DNA from: a virus
Taxonomy: Duplodnaviria; Heunggongvirae; Uroviricota; Caudoviricetes
IMG/VR virus record: IMGVR_UViG_2684622670_000017
Direction: 5' to 3' (one strand)
DNA: 30,940 nucleotides
The notes under the pieces are model-generated. The model was given only the letters and a program-made list of their open reading frames with translations. It searched no databases and was not told the origin of the DNA. A program made the position numbers and the translations under genes. Numbering within the stretch: the first letter of the stretch is position 1; each line of letters starts with the position of its first letter. Below are positions 8,479 to 17,698 of the stretch, piece by piece.

Positions 8479-9624
8479 TCACTCCATATTTTCATCTTCA
8501 TCTTCATCTTCGTCGACAATATTTTCTGGAATGTCTTTCCCAAGCAACTTGTTTTTTACATATTCAATGCGTGCTTTAACTTTGGGTTTAGAGTTGCTGG
8601 CATCTGAACGTGTGTGCGTGATAAACTCTTTCGAGTTGATCCAGTCATCAATATTTTTAGGAACTAAATTGGGTTCTTCCTCCAGTGCTAATGTTGCACC
8701 GACGGCAAGAGCTTCGAAACGAATCCTAGGAACAGTGGTGGCGTTTTTCACCTTTCTGAAACCATTTGGGAAATGTGTATTAATGAATTGGCACATTTTA
8801 TGAAATTTTTCCGCCAGCATAGCTGCGTTTTCATCTGTATATTCGGCATTTTTACGTTTTAAATAGGTTGTAAGAAATTCATCAACGCTTTTTCTGAAAT
8901 CAAGATATTCTTCAGTGTAGGCAAAGTAGCGTAGTGCCAATTCTGGATATTCAGAGCGACGTTTTCTTGCATCTCCCAAAGGACAGATGCTATGAAATAG
9001 AGGATCTTCGGAAATTTCATTGATAAATGCAAGGAATGGCCCATCATGGCTACCTTGCCGTTGTTCCATTGTTGTTAGTTTTTTTCCGCCAGTATTCAGA
9101 CGGTCAAAAATTTCCCTTCTTGTCTCTTCGTCACAATGTTCTGTAAGTTCAATCATTCGAATAGTTTTTCTATCAAAACGTAGGCGACGGGGAGTACTGA
9201 AATCAGAATATTTAAAACCATTGGCTGTGACTAATTTCTGCAGGCCTTCAAGAGTTAGTTTGTTATTGGTAAATTGGTGTAGGGTTCTTATTCGTTGGCT
9301 ACCGTCAACAATTTCAAGTCTACCTTCATTTTCACCTGAACCAATATCGGCAACGAATATGTAAGGTATAGGAAGATTTAAAAGCAGAGATTCAATGAAA
9401 CGGGATTTTTGCTTGTTGTTCCAGATAAACTCCCTTTGGTAGTCAGGTATAAAAAGCTCTGCCTCATCTTCTTCAAGACCATTCTGAAATTTGTCCACAA
9501 TAACACTTATCGGGAACTCACGTATTTCATGGTCAGTGATTTTTTGCATTTCAACTATGCTTTGATCTAAAAGCTCCTTTTCTTCTTTAGTTTTTGGGGT
9601 ATGTTCTGCTTTTTTTCTCGCCAT
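8479..9624 (-). CDS. DUF262 (ParB/Srx-like, GmrS-type) domain protein
   Basis: 381 aa. N-terminal DUF262 signatures FIPDYQREFIW and EIVDGSQRIRTL (DGQQR-type). No HNH/DUF1524 His-Me motif seen in the C-terminal half. Ends in an acidic tail DEDEDEDENME. Confidence 0.8.
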   Translation of the reverse strand: MARKKAEHTPKTKEEKELLDQSIVEMQKITDHEIREFPISVIVDKFQNGLEEDEAELFIPDYQREFIWNNKQKSRFIESLLLNLPIPYIFVADIGSGENEGRLEIVDGSQRIRTLHQFTNNKLTLEGLQKLVTANGFKYSDFSTPRRLRFDRKTIRMIELTEHCDEETRREIFDRLNTGGKKLTTMEQRQGSHDGPFLAFINEISEDPLFHSICPLGDARKRRSEYPELALRYFAYTEEYLDFRKSVDEFLTTYLKRKNAEYTDENAAMLAEKFHKMCQFINTHFPNGFRKVKNATTVPRIRFEALAVGATLALEEEPNLVPKNIDDWINSKEFITHTRSDASNSKPKVKARIEYVKNKLLGKDIPENIVDEDEDEDENME

Positions 9625-9763
9625 GAGCTTATTATCCTACTATGCGTGTGATTGCATTAAATTGCATGTTAAACAAAAGCATAATCTATATCAGTCAATC
9701 AGCCAGTGGCAAGGTGTTGTGATTACAATGCAACTGCATTAGAACCGACTCATGAAGCGGGCG

Positions 9764-9782
9764 GGCGAGGCGGGGAAAGCAC
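9764..9782. other. cos: cos site: 19-nt P2-type cohesive end
   Basis: Exact sequence GGCGAGGCGGGGAAAGCAC, which I recall as the P2 cohesive end; it lies just upstream of the portal/terminase genes, as expected. Confidence 0.8.
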
Positions 9783-9950
9783 TGCGCGCTGGCGGTGGTG
9801 CTGATTTTATTTTTTCAGCGTCTGAGCGCGTCGTGATGGCGTTTAGATTGTTCGCCGGGGCGTTGGTGTGTCTGCGGGATGTTTTGTGCGGTGGTGAGCG
9901 TGTGAGGGCGTGATGGCGGGTTGTAAAAAGCCGCCCGTAGGCGGCGATGT

Positions 9951-10985
9951 TCAGCCGTTGTCAGTGTCCAGTGAGTAGTTTTTAAAGCGGATGACCTCCT
10001 GACCGAGCCAGCCGTTTATCTCGCGGATCCTGTCCTGTAGCGGGATAAGCTCATTGCGGACAAAGACCTTTGCCACTTTCTCAATATCACCCAGCGACCC
10101 GACGTTCTCCGGCTTGCCGCCCATCAACTGAAAGGGGATGCGGTGCGCGTCCAGCAGGTCAGCGGCGCTGGCTTTTTTGATATTAAAAAAATCGTCCTTC
10201 GTTGCCACTTCACTGAGCGGGATAATTTTAATGCCGTCGGCTTTCCCCTGTGGGGCATAGAGAAACAGGTTTTTAAAGTTGTTGCGGCCTTTCGACTTGA
10301 CCATGTTTTCGCGGAGCATTTCGATATCGTTGCGATCCTGCACGGCATCAGTGACGTACATGATGTATCCGGCATGTGCGCCATTTTCGTAATACTTGCG
10401 GCGGAACAGCGTGGCCGACTCATTCAGCCAGGCAGAGTTAAGGGCGCTGAGATATTCCGGCAGGCCGTACAGCTCCTGATTAATATCCGGCTCCAGCAGG
10501 TGAAACACGGAGCCGGGCGCGAAGGCTGTCGGCTCGTTGAAGGACGGCACCCACCAGTAAACATCCTCCTCCACGCCACGACGGGTATATTTGGCCGGTG
10601 AGGTTTCCAGTCTGATGACCTTACCGGTGGTGCTGTAACGCTTTTCCAGAAACGCATTACCGAACACCAGAAAATCCAGCACAAAGCGGCTGAAATCCTG
10701 CTGGGAAAGCCACGGGTGCGGGATAAACGTTGAAGCCAGAATATTACGTTTGACGTAAATCGGTGAGCTGTGATGCACGGCAGCACGCAGACTTTTTGCC
10801 AGACCGGTAAAGCTGACCGGTGGCTCATACCATCTGCCGTTACTGATGCACTCGACGTAATCCAGAATGTCACGGCGGTCGAGTACCGGCACCGGCTCAC
10901 CAAAGGTGAATGCCTCCATTTTCGGGGCGCTGGCGGTCATTTTTTTTGCCGCAGGTTGCGGTGTTTTCCCTTTTTTCTTGCTCAT
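9951..10985 (-). CDS. Q: Portal protein (P2 gpQ)
   Basis: 344 aa (same as P2 Q), adjacent to cos and the large terminase, minus strand as in P2. Confidence 0.92.
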   Translation of the reverse strand: MSKKKGKTPQPAAKKMTASAPKMEAFTFGEPVPVLDRRDILDYVECISNGRWYEPPVSFTGLAKSLRAAVHHSSPIYVKRNILASTFIPHPWLSQQDFSRFVLDFLVFGNAFLEKRYSTTGKVIRLETSPAKYTRRGVEEDVYWWVPSFNEPTAFAPGSVFHLLEPDINQELYGLPEYLSALNSAWLNESATLFRRKYYENGAHAGYIMYVTDAVQDRNDIEMLRENMVKSKGRNNFKNLFLYAPQGKADGIKIIPLSEVATKDDFFNIKKASAADLLDAHRIPFQLMGGKPENVGSLGDIEKVAKVFVRNELIPLQDRIREINGWLGQEVIRFKNYSLDTDNG

Positions 10986-12757
10986 CAGTAAAACTCCAGA
11001 ATGGTGGATGTCAGCGGGGTGCTGATACCGGCGGTGAGTGGCTCATTTAACAGGGCATGCATGGTCGCCCAGGCGAGGTCGGCGTGGCTGGCTTCCTCGC
11101 TGCGGCTGGCCTCATAGGTGGCGCTGCGTCCGCTGCTGGTCATGGTCTTGCGGATAGCCATGAACGAGCTGGTGATGTCGGTGGCGCTGACGTCATATTC
11201 CAGACAGCCACGGCGGATAACGTCTTTTGCCTTGAGCACCATTGCGGTTTTCATTTCCGGCGTGTAGCGGATATCGCGCGCGGCAGGATAGAACGAGCGC
11301 ACGAGCTGGAACACGCCGACACCGAGGCCGGTGGCATCAATACCGATGTATTCGACGTTGTATTTTTCGGTGAGTTTGCGGATGGATTCAGCCTGAGTGG
11401 CAAAGTCCATGCCTTTCCACTGGTGACGCTCAAGTATTCTGAATTTGCCACCGGCCACCACCGGCGGTGCCAGCACCACGCATCCGGCGCTGTCGCCACG
11501 GTGTGACGGGTCGTAACCAATCCATACCGGGCGGGAACCGAACGGATTTGCGGCAAAGGGTGCATAGTCTTCCCATTCTTCCAGCGTGTCGACCATGCAG
11601 CGTTGCAGCTCCTCGAACGGGAACACCGACGCCTTGTCGTCAACAAATTCACACATGAACAGGTTTTTAAAATCGTCGGCGCTGTTTTCGCGTTTAAGCT
11701 GCTCAATGTCGAACAGCGTGCAGCCACCTTTCAGGGCGTCCTCAATGGTGACAATCTGCCGCCACTGGCCGTCCGCACAGAGAAGCCCACCGGCAAGGGC
11801 GTTATGACTGACGTCGATTTCCACGCGTTCGGCGGCGCTGGCGCGCCCCCGGTTAAACAGTTCACCCGACCAGAACGGGTAGGCGTCGTGCGCCAGCGTG
11901 GACGGGGTGGAGAAATAGGTCGAGCGCAGGTGACTCTGTGAGGCCATACCTGATGCCACCTTACGCAGTACCTGAAAATTCGGGATCCAGAAAATCTCGT
12001 CGACGTACAGGTCGCCGTTATGGCTCTGTGCGGTGTTGGAGTTGGTGCCGAGAAAAATCAGTTTTGCGCCGTTATTGCCAAGGACAATCGGGTCACCGGT
12101 CAGGTCAACGTCAACCAGCCGGGCAAAGGCGATGATGTATTCACGGAACACATACGCCTGCGTTTTACTGGCCGACAGAAAAATCTGGTTATGGCCGGTT
12201 TTCAGGGCGCGCAGCAGCGCCTCGCGGGAAAAATAAAACGTCGCGCCAATCTGGCGGGATTTCAGGATATCGCGGATGCGGTGCTCAAGCCCGGCGCGAT
12301 ACCAGTGCAACTGATAGTCGAAAGACTGCTCAAAGAAAATCTGCTCCAGCTTTTCGATGGCCTCGTCACTGAAAAAATTCTTTTTCGGTTTGCGACGCCC
12401 GCCTTTGTTGCGGTTAGCGACGTTCGGATTAAGGTCTGCTTCGTTGCCGGTCTGACTGTAGCGGTTTACCCGTGCCAGTCGTTCAATCTGGCGTCCGAGC
12501 AGGTCAATTTCCTTGAAGTCACCGCCGGTTTTCTGCGGTTTGATGATGAGCTGGGTCAGCCGCGCTTCCAGACTCATTTCGACACGGCTGATGGGGGCAA
12601 CGCTGTCCCAGCCGTCGCGCTGTTTCCAGCTCTGCACCGTCGGGCGTTTCATCTGCAACATGGCGGCAATCTGCGGCACGGAAAACCCCTGCCAGTACAG
12701 CAGCGCCGCCTGACGACGCGGGTCGTGTAAAAGAGTGGTGTCTGTGGTGATGGTCAT
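10985..12757 (-). CDS. P: Terminase large subunit, ATPase (P2 gpP)
   Basis: About 590 aa from the internal Met MTITTDTTLL; position and length match P2 P; co-oriented with Q. Confidence 0.92.
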   Translation of the reverse strand: MTITTDTTLLHDPRRQAALLYWQGFSVPQIAAMLQMKRPTVQSWKQRDGWDSVAPISRVEMSLEARLTQLIIKPQKTGGDFKEIDLLGRQIERLARVNRYSQTGNEADLNPNVANRNKGGRRKPKKNFFSDEAIEKLEQIFFEQSFDYQLHWYRAGLEHRIRDILKSRQIGATFYFSREALLRALKTGHNQIFLSASKTQAYVFREYIIAFARLVDVDLTGDPIVLGNNGAKLIFLGTNSNTAQSHNGDLYVDEIFWIPNFQVLRKVASGMASQSHLRSTYFSTPSTLAHDAYPFWSGELFNRGRASAAERVEIDVSHNALAGGLLCADGQWRQIVTIEDALKGGCTLFDIEQLKRENSADDFKNLFMCEFVDDKASVFPFEELQRCMVDTLEEWEDYAPFAANPFGSRPVWIGYDPSHRGDSAGCVVLAPPVVAGGKFRILERHQWKGMDFATQAESIRKLTEKYNVEYIGIDATGLGVGVFQLVRSFYPAARDIRYTPEMKTAMVLKAKDVIRRGCLEYDVSATDITSSFMAIRKTMTSSGRSATYEASRSEEASHADLAWATMHALLNEPLTAGISTPLTSTILEFY

Positions 12758-12930
12758 GAATACCTCGCCGTGATGAATACACGGCAAGGCTACTGAGTCG
12801 CGCCCCGCGATTCGCTAAGGTGCTGTTGTGTCAGTGATAAGCCATCCGGGACTGATGGCGGAGGATGCGCATCGTCAGGAAACTGATGCCGACATGTGAC
12901 TCCTCTAATCACTATTCAGGACTCCTGACA
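12758..12930. promoter_or_regulatory. Divergent late promoter region (P2 PP / PO equivalent)
   Basis: Intergenic region between divergent P and O operons, where P2 has Ogr-dependent late promoters. Exact -10 and activator sites not resolved by eye. Confidence 0.5.
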
Positions 12931-13785
12931 ATGGCAAAAAAAGTTTCAAAATTCTTTCGTATCGGCGTTGAGGGTGACACCTGTGACGGGCGTGTCATCA
13001 GTGCGCAGGATATTCAGGAAATGGCCGAAACCTTTGACCCGCGAGTCTATGGTTGCCGCATTAACCTGGAACATCTGCGCGGCATCCTGCCTGACGGTAT
13101 TTTTAAGCGTTATGGCGATGTGGTCGAACTGAAGGCCGAAAAGATTGACGATGATTCGGCGCTGAAAGGCAAATGGGCGCTGTTTGCGAAAATCACCCCG
13201 ACCGATGACCTTATCGCGATGAACAAGGCCGCGCAGAAGGTCTACACCTCAATGGAAATTCAGCCGAACTTTGCCAACACCGGCAAATGTTATCTGGTGG
13301 GTCTGGCCGTCACCGATGACCCGGCAAGCCTCGGCACGGAATACCTGGAATTCTGCCGCACGGCAAAACACAACCCTCTGAACCGCTTCAAATTAAGCCC
13401 TGAAAACCTGATTTCAGTGGCAACGCCTGTTGAGCTGGAATTTGAAGACCTGCCTGAAACCGTGTTCACCGCCCTGACCGAAAAGGTGAAATCCATTTTT
13501 GGCCGCAAACAGGCCAGCGATGACGCCCGTCTGAATGACGTGCATGAAGCGGTGACCGCTGTCGCTGAGCATGTGCAGGAAAAACTGAGCGCCACTGAGC
13601 AGCGCCTTGCTGAGATGGAAACCGCCTTTTCCGCACTTAAGCAGGATGTGACTGACAGGGCGGATGAAACCAGTCAGGCATTCACCCGCCTGAAAAACAG
13701 TCTCGACCACACCGAAAGTCTGACCCAGCAGCGCCGCAGCAAGGCCACCGGCGGTGGCGGTGACGCCCTGATGACGAACTGCTGA
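12931..13785 (+). CDS. O: Capsid scaffolding protein (P2 gpO)
   Basis: 284 aa from the internal Met MAKKVSKFFRIGVEG (P2 O is about 284 aa); first gene of the rightward late operon before the major capsid gene. Confidence 0.9.
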   Translation: MAKKVSKFFRIGVEGDTCDGRVISAQDIQEMAETFDPRVYGCRINLEHLRGILPDGIFKRYGDVVELKAEKIDDDSALKGKWALFAKITPTDDLIAMNKAAQKVYTSMEIQPNFANTGKCYLVGLAVTDDPASLGTEYLEFCRTAKHNPLNRFKLSPENLISVATPVELEFEDLPETVFTALTEKVKSIFGRKQASDDARLNDVHEAVTAVAEHVQEKLSATEQRLAEMETAFSALKQDVTDRADETSQAFTRLKNSLDHTESLTQQRRSKATGGGGDALMTNC

Positions 13786-13843
13786 CCGGTGTCAGTCAGT
13801 CCGGGAAAACCTTCACGATTAACCCTTAATTTCAGGAAAAACT

Positions 13844-14917
13844 ATGCGCCAGGAAACCCGCTTTAAATTTAATGCCTACCTGTCCCGTGTTGCCGAACTG
13901 AACGGCATCGACGCCGGTGATGTGTCGAAAAAATTCACCGTTGAACCGTCGGTCACCCAGACCCTGATGAACACCATGCAGGAGTCCTCTGACTTTCTGA
14001 CCCGCATCAACATTGTGCCGGTCAGCGAAATGAAAGGGGAAAAAATTGGTATCGGTGTCACCGGCTCCATCGCCAGCACCACCGACACCGCCGGTGGCAC
14101 CGAGCGTCAGCCGAAGGACTTCTCGAAGCTGGCGTCTAACAAGTACGAATGCGACCAGATTAACTTCGATTTTTATATCCGCTACAAAACGCTGGACCTG
14201 TGGGCGCGTTATCAGGATTTCCAGCTCCGTATCCGTAACGCCATTATCAAACGCCAGTCCCTTGATTTCATCATGGCCGGTTTTAACGGCGTGAAGCGTG
14301 CAGAAACCTCTGACCGCAACAGTAATCCGATGTTGCAGGATGTGGCGGTCGGCTGGCTGCAGAAATACCGCAATGAAGCCCCGGCGCGTGTGATGAGCAA
14401 GGTCACTGACGAGGAAGGCCGCACCACCTCTGAGGTTATCCGCGTGGGCAAGGGCGGTGATTATGCCAGCCTTGACGCACTGGTGATGGATGCGACCAAC
14501 AACCTGATTGAGCCGTGGTATCAGGAAGACCCTGACCTTGTGGTGATTGTGGGGCGTCAGCTACTGGCGGACAAGTATTTCCCCATCGTCAACAGGGAGC
14601 AGGACAACAGCGAAATGCTGGCCGCTGACGTCATCATCAGCCAGAAACGCATCGGCAACCTGCCAGCGGTACGCGTCCCGTACTTCCCGGCGGATGCGAT
14701 GCTCATCACGAAGCTGGAAAACCTGTCCATCTACTACATGGATGACAGCCATCGCCGTGTGATTGAGGAAAACCCGAAACTCGACCGCGTGGAGAACTAC
14801 GAGTCAATGAACATTGATTACGTGGTGGAAGACTACGCCGCCGGTTGTCTGGTGGAAAAAATTAAGGTCGGTGATTTCTCCACACCGGCCAAAGTGACCG
14901 CAGAGCCGGGAGCGTAA
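13844..14917 (+). CDS. N: Major capsid protein (P2 gpN)
   Basis: 357 aa, same length and position as P2 N. Confidence 0.92.
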   Translation: MRQETRFKFNAYLSRVAELNGIDAGDVSKKFTVEPSVTQTLMNTMQESSDFLTRINIVPVSEMKGEKIGIGVTGSIASTTDTAGGTERQPKDFSKLASNKYECDQINFDFYIRYKTLDLWARYQDFQLRIRNAIIKRQSLDFIMAGFNGVKRAETSDRNSNPMLQDVAVGWLQKYRNEAPARVMSKVTDEEGRTTSEVIRVGKGGDYASLDALVMDATNNLIEPWYQEDPDLVVIVGRQLLADKYFPIVNREQDNSEMLAADVIISQKRIGNLPAVRVPYFPADAMLITKLENLSIYYMDDSHRRVIEENPKLDRVENYESMNIDYVVEDYAAGCLVEKIKVGDFSTPAKVTAEPGA

Positions 14918-14920
14918 CCG

Positions 14921-15664
14921 ATGACGAGTCCCGCACAGCGCCACATGATGCGGGTCTCGGCAGCGATGACCGCGCAGCGGGAAGCCGCCCCGCTGCGACA
15001 TGCAACTGTCTATGAGCAGATGCTGGTTAAGCTCGCCGCAGACCAGCGCACACTGAAAGCGATTTATTCAAAAGAGCTGAAGGCCGCAAAAAAACGCGAA
15101 CTGCTGCCGTTCTGGTTGCCGTGGGTGAACGGCGTGCTGGAGCAGGGCAAAGGCGCACAGGATGACATTCTGATGACGGTCATGCTGTGGCGTCTGGATA
15201 CCGGCGATATTGCCGGTGCGCTGGAGATTGCCCGTTATGCCCTGAAATACGGTCTGGCCATGCCGGGGAAACACCGCCGTACCCCGCCGTACATGTTCAC
15301 CGAGGAGGTGGCGCTTGCGGCCATGCGCGCTCACGCTGCCGGTGAGTCTGTGGATACCCGCCTGCTGACGGACACCCTTGAACTGACCGCCACGGCTGAC
15401 ATGCCTGATGAAGTGCGCGCAAAGCTGCACAAAATCACCGGTCTGTTTCTGCGTGACGCTGGTGATGCCGCAGGTGCGCTGGCGCATCTGCAACGTGCGA
15501 CACAGCTCGACTGTCAGGCAGGCGTCAAAAAAGAGATTGAACGACTGGAGCGGGAGCTGAAACCGAAGCCGGAGCCGCAGCCCAAAGCGGCCACCCGTGC
15601 CCCGCGTAAGACCCGGAGCGTGACACCGGCAAAACGTGGACGCCCGAAAAAGAAAGCCAGTTAA
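14921..15664 (+). CDS. M: Terminase small subunit / endonuclease (P2 gpM)
   Basis: 247 aa, same length and position as P2 M; basic C-terminal tail. Confidence 0.9.
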   Translation: MTSPAQRHMMRVSAAMTAQREAAPLRHATVYEQMLVKLAADQRTLKAIYSKELKAAKKRELLPFWLPWVNGVLEQGKGAQDDILMTVMLWRLDTGDIAGALEIARYALKYGLAMPGKHRRTPPYMFTEEVALAAMRAHAAGESVDTRLLTDTLELTATADMPDEVRAKLHKITGLFLRDAGDAAGALAHLQRATQLDCQAGVKKEIERLERELKPKPEPQPKAATRAPRKTRSVTPAKRGRPKKKAS

Positions 15665-15763
15665 CAACCGAATGCGCCCCGCGCCAGGGCGGCACGCCGG
15701 TCAGTGAGGGTGAATCACCTGACACTGTACCGGCGTCCACCGCCCGACTTTTCAGAGGTAGTC

Positions 15764-16273
15764 ATGATGACGCTGATTATTCCGCGAAAGGAGGCTCCCG
15801 TGTCCGGTGAGGGTACGGTGGTCATCCCGCAACCGGCAGGCGACGAGCCGGTGATTAAAAACACGTTCTTTTTTCCCGATATCGACCCGAAGCGCGTCCG
15901 GGAACGTATGCGCCTTGAGCAGACCGTCGCCCCCGCCCGTCTGCGTGAGGCCATCAAGTCAGGCATGGCGGAGACGAATGCGGAGCTGTACGAGTACCGC
16001 GAACAGAAAATTGCCGCCGGTTTTACGCGTCTGGCTGACGTCCCGGCGGACGACATCGACGGTGAAAGCATCAAAGTTTTTTACTACGAGCGCGCCGTGT
16101 GTGCGATGGCGACCGCGTCGCTTTATGAGCGTTATCGCGGCGTGGATGCCAGTGCGAAAGGCGACAAGAAGGCTGACAGCATTGACAGCACCATTGATGA
16201 ACTGTGGCGGGATATGCGCTGGGCGGTGGCGCGTATCCAGGACAAGCCGCGCTGCATCGTGAGTCAAATCTGA
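15764..16273 (+). CDS. L: Head completion / stabilisation protein (P2 gpL)
   Basis: 169 aa from the internal Met MMTLIIPRKE, preceded by GAGGT; matches P2 L size and position. Confidence 0.88.
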   Translation: MMTLIIPRKEAPVSGEGTVVIPQPAGDEPVIKNTFFFPDIDPKRVRERMRLEQTVAPARLREAIKSGMAETNAELYEYREQKIAAGFTRLADVPADDIDGESIKVFYYERAVCAMATASLYERYRGVDASAKGDKKADSIDSTIDELWRDMRWAVARIQDKPRCIVSQI

Positions 16274-16476
16274 TGAAGACCTTTGCGCTACAGGGCGACA
16301 CGCTCGACGCCATTTGTGTCCGGTATTACGGGCGCACTGAGGGCGTGGTTGAGACCGTGCTCGCCGCAAATCCGGAACTGGCTGAACTGGGTGCGGTGCT
16401 GCCGCACGGCACCGCCGTCGAACTGCCCGACGTTCAGACCGCGCCCGTGGCTGAAACTGTCAATCTGTGGGAGTAA
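16273..16476 (+). CDS. X: Tail protein X
   Basis: 67 aa from the internal Met MKTFALQGDT; its ATG overlaps the TGA stop of L; P2 X is 67 aa. Confidence 0.82.
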   Translation: MKTFALQGDTLDAICVRYYGRTEGVVETVLAANPELAELGAVLPHGTAVELPDVQTAPVAETVNLWE

Positions 16477-16479
16477 CGC

Positions 16480-16761
16480 ATGACAGCAGAAGAAAAAAGC
16501 GTCCTGTCGCTTTTCATGATTGGGGTGCTGATTGTTGTCGGCAAGGTGCTTGCCGGTGGTGAACCCATCACCCCGCGTCTGTTTATCGGGCGCATGTTGC
16601 TCGGTGGTTTTGTCTCGATGGTAGCCGGTGTTGTTCTGGTGCAGTTTCCTGACCTGTCACTGCCTGCGGTGTGCGGCATCGGCTCCATGCTGGGTATCGC
16701 CGGTTATCAGGTGATTGAGATTGCCATTCAGCGCCGTTTTAAGGGCAGGGGGAAACCGTAA
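16480..16761 (+). CDS. Y: Holin (P2 gpY)
   Basis: 93 aa with hydrophobic transmembrane segments, immediately upstream of the endolysin. Confidence 0.85.
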   Translation: MTAEEKSVLSLFMIGVLIVVGKVLAGGEPITPRLFIGRMLLGGFVSMVAGVVLVQFPDLSLPAVCGIGSMLGIAGYQVIEIAIQRRFKGRGKP

Positions 16762-17258
16762 TGCCGGTAATTAACACGCATCAGAATATCACCGCCTTTC
16801 TCGACATGCTGGCAGTGTCCGAAGGGACGGCGAATCATCCGCTGACGAAAAAACGGGGCTATGACGTGATAGTCACCGGACTGGACGGAAAACCGGAAAT
16901 TTTCACCGACTACAGTGACCACCCGTTCGCGCATGGCCGACCGGCGAAGGTGTTTAACCGTCGCGGTGAAAAATCCACGGCCTCCGGTCGCTATCAGCAG
17001 CTTTACCTGTTCTGGCCGCATTACCGCAAACAGCTTGCCCTGCCGGATTTCAGTCCGTTGTCACAGGACAGACTCGCCATTCAGTTGATCCGCGAACGCG
17101 GTGCGCTGGATGACATCCGGGCGGGACGCATTGAGCGTGCCATTTCACGCTGTCGCAATATCTGGGCGTCCCTGCCGGGTGCCGGTTACGGTCAGCGTGA
17201 GCATTCACTGGAAAAACTGGTCACCGTCTGGCGTACCGCCGGCGGCGTACCGGCTTAA
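16761..17258 (+). CDS. K: Endolysin (P2 gpK)
   Basis: 165 aa, same size and position as P2 K, between the holin and the lysA/lysB genes. Confidence 0.88.
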   Translation: MPVINTHQNITAFLDMLAVSEGTANHPLTKKRGYDVIVTGLDGKPEIFTDYSDHPFAHGRPAKVFNRRGEKSTASGRYQQLYLFWPHYRKQLALPDFSPLSQDRLAIQLIRERGALDDIRAGRIERAISRCRNIWASLPGAGYGQREHSLEKLVTVWRTAGGVPA

Positions 17259-17272
17259 ACGGAGTAAACACC

Positions 17273-17698
17273 ATGAAGAAATTATCCCTTTCACTGATGC
17301 TGAACGTGTCGCTGGCGCTGATGCTGGCACTGTCCCTGATTTACCCGCAGAGCGTGGCCGTCAATTTTGTCGCCGCCTGGGCGATTCTGGCGACGGTTAT
17401 CTGTGTGGTTGCCGGTGGTGTCGGCGTGTATGCCACTGAGTATGTGCTGGAACGCTACGGGCGGGAGCTGCCGCCGGAATCGCTGGCCGTGAAGATTGTC
17501 ACGGCGCTGTTTTTGCAGCCGGTGCCGTGGCGCAGGCGGTCAGTGGCTTTGGTGGTGATGGTGGCGACGTTTATCTCGCTGGTCGCTGCCGGGTGGATTT
17601 TTACCGCGCTGATTTATCTCGTGGCATCGGTGTTCTTCCGGCTGATACGTACGGCCTGCCGTCAGCGTTTTGAGGGGCGGGAATCATGTCAAAGATGA
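17273..17698 (+). CDS. lysA: Lysis timing protein LysA (membrane protein)
   Basis: 141 aa, strongly hydrophobic with multiple transmembrane stretches; P2 lysA position. Confidence 0.8.
   Translation: MKKLSLSLMLNVSLALMLALSLIYPQSVAVNFVAAWAILATVICVVAGGVGVYATEYVLERYGRELPPESLAVKIVTALFLQPVPWRRRSVALVVMVATFISLVAAGWIFTALIYLVASVFFRLIRTACRQRFEGRESCQR

Noticed and set aside
8398-9364. Plus-strand ORFs (8398..8607, 8453..8803, 9020..9364) within the cassette
   Set aside because: All are antisense to the long, motif-bearing DUF262 and HEPN-like CDSs; they are low-complexity translations of AT-rich DNA.
10124-12782. Numerous 60-240-aa ORFs on both strands overlapping portal Q and terminase P
   Set aside because: Alternative-frame or antisense ORFs inside GC-rich genes whose main frames match P2 Q and P in length and order; typical high-GC artefacts.
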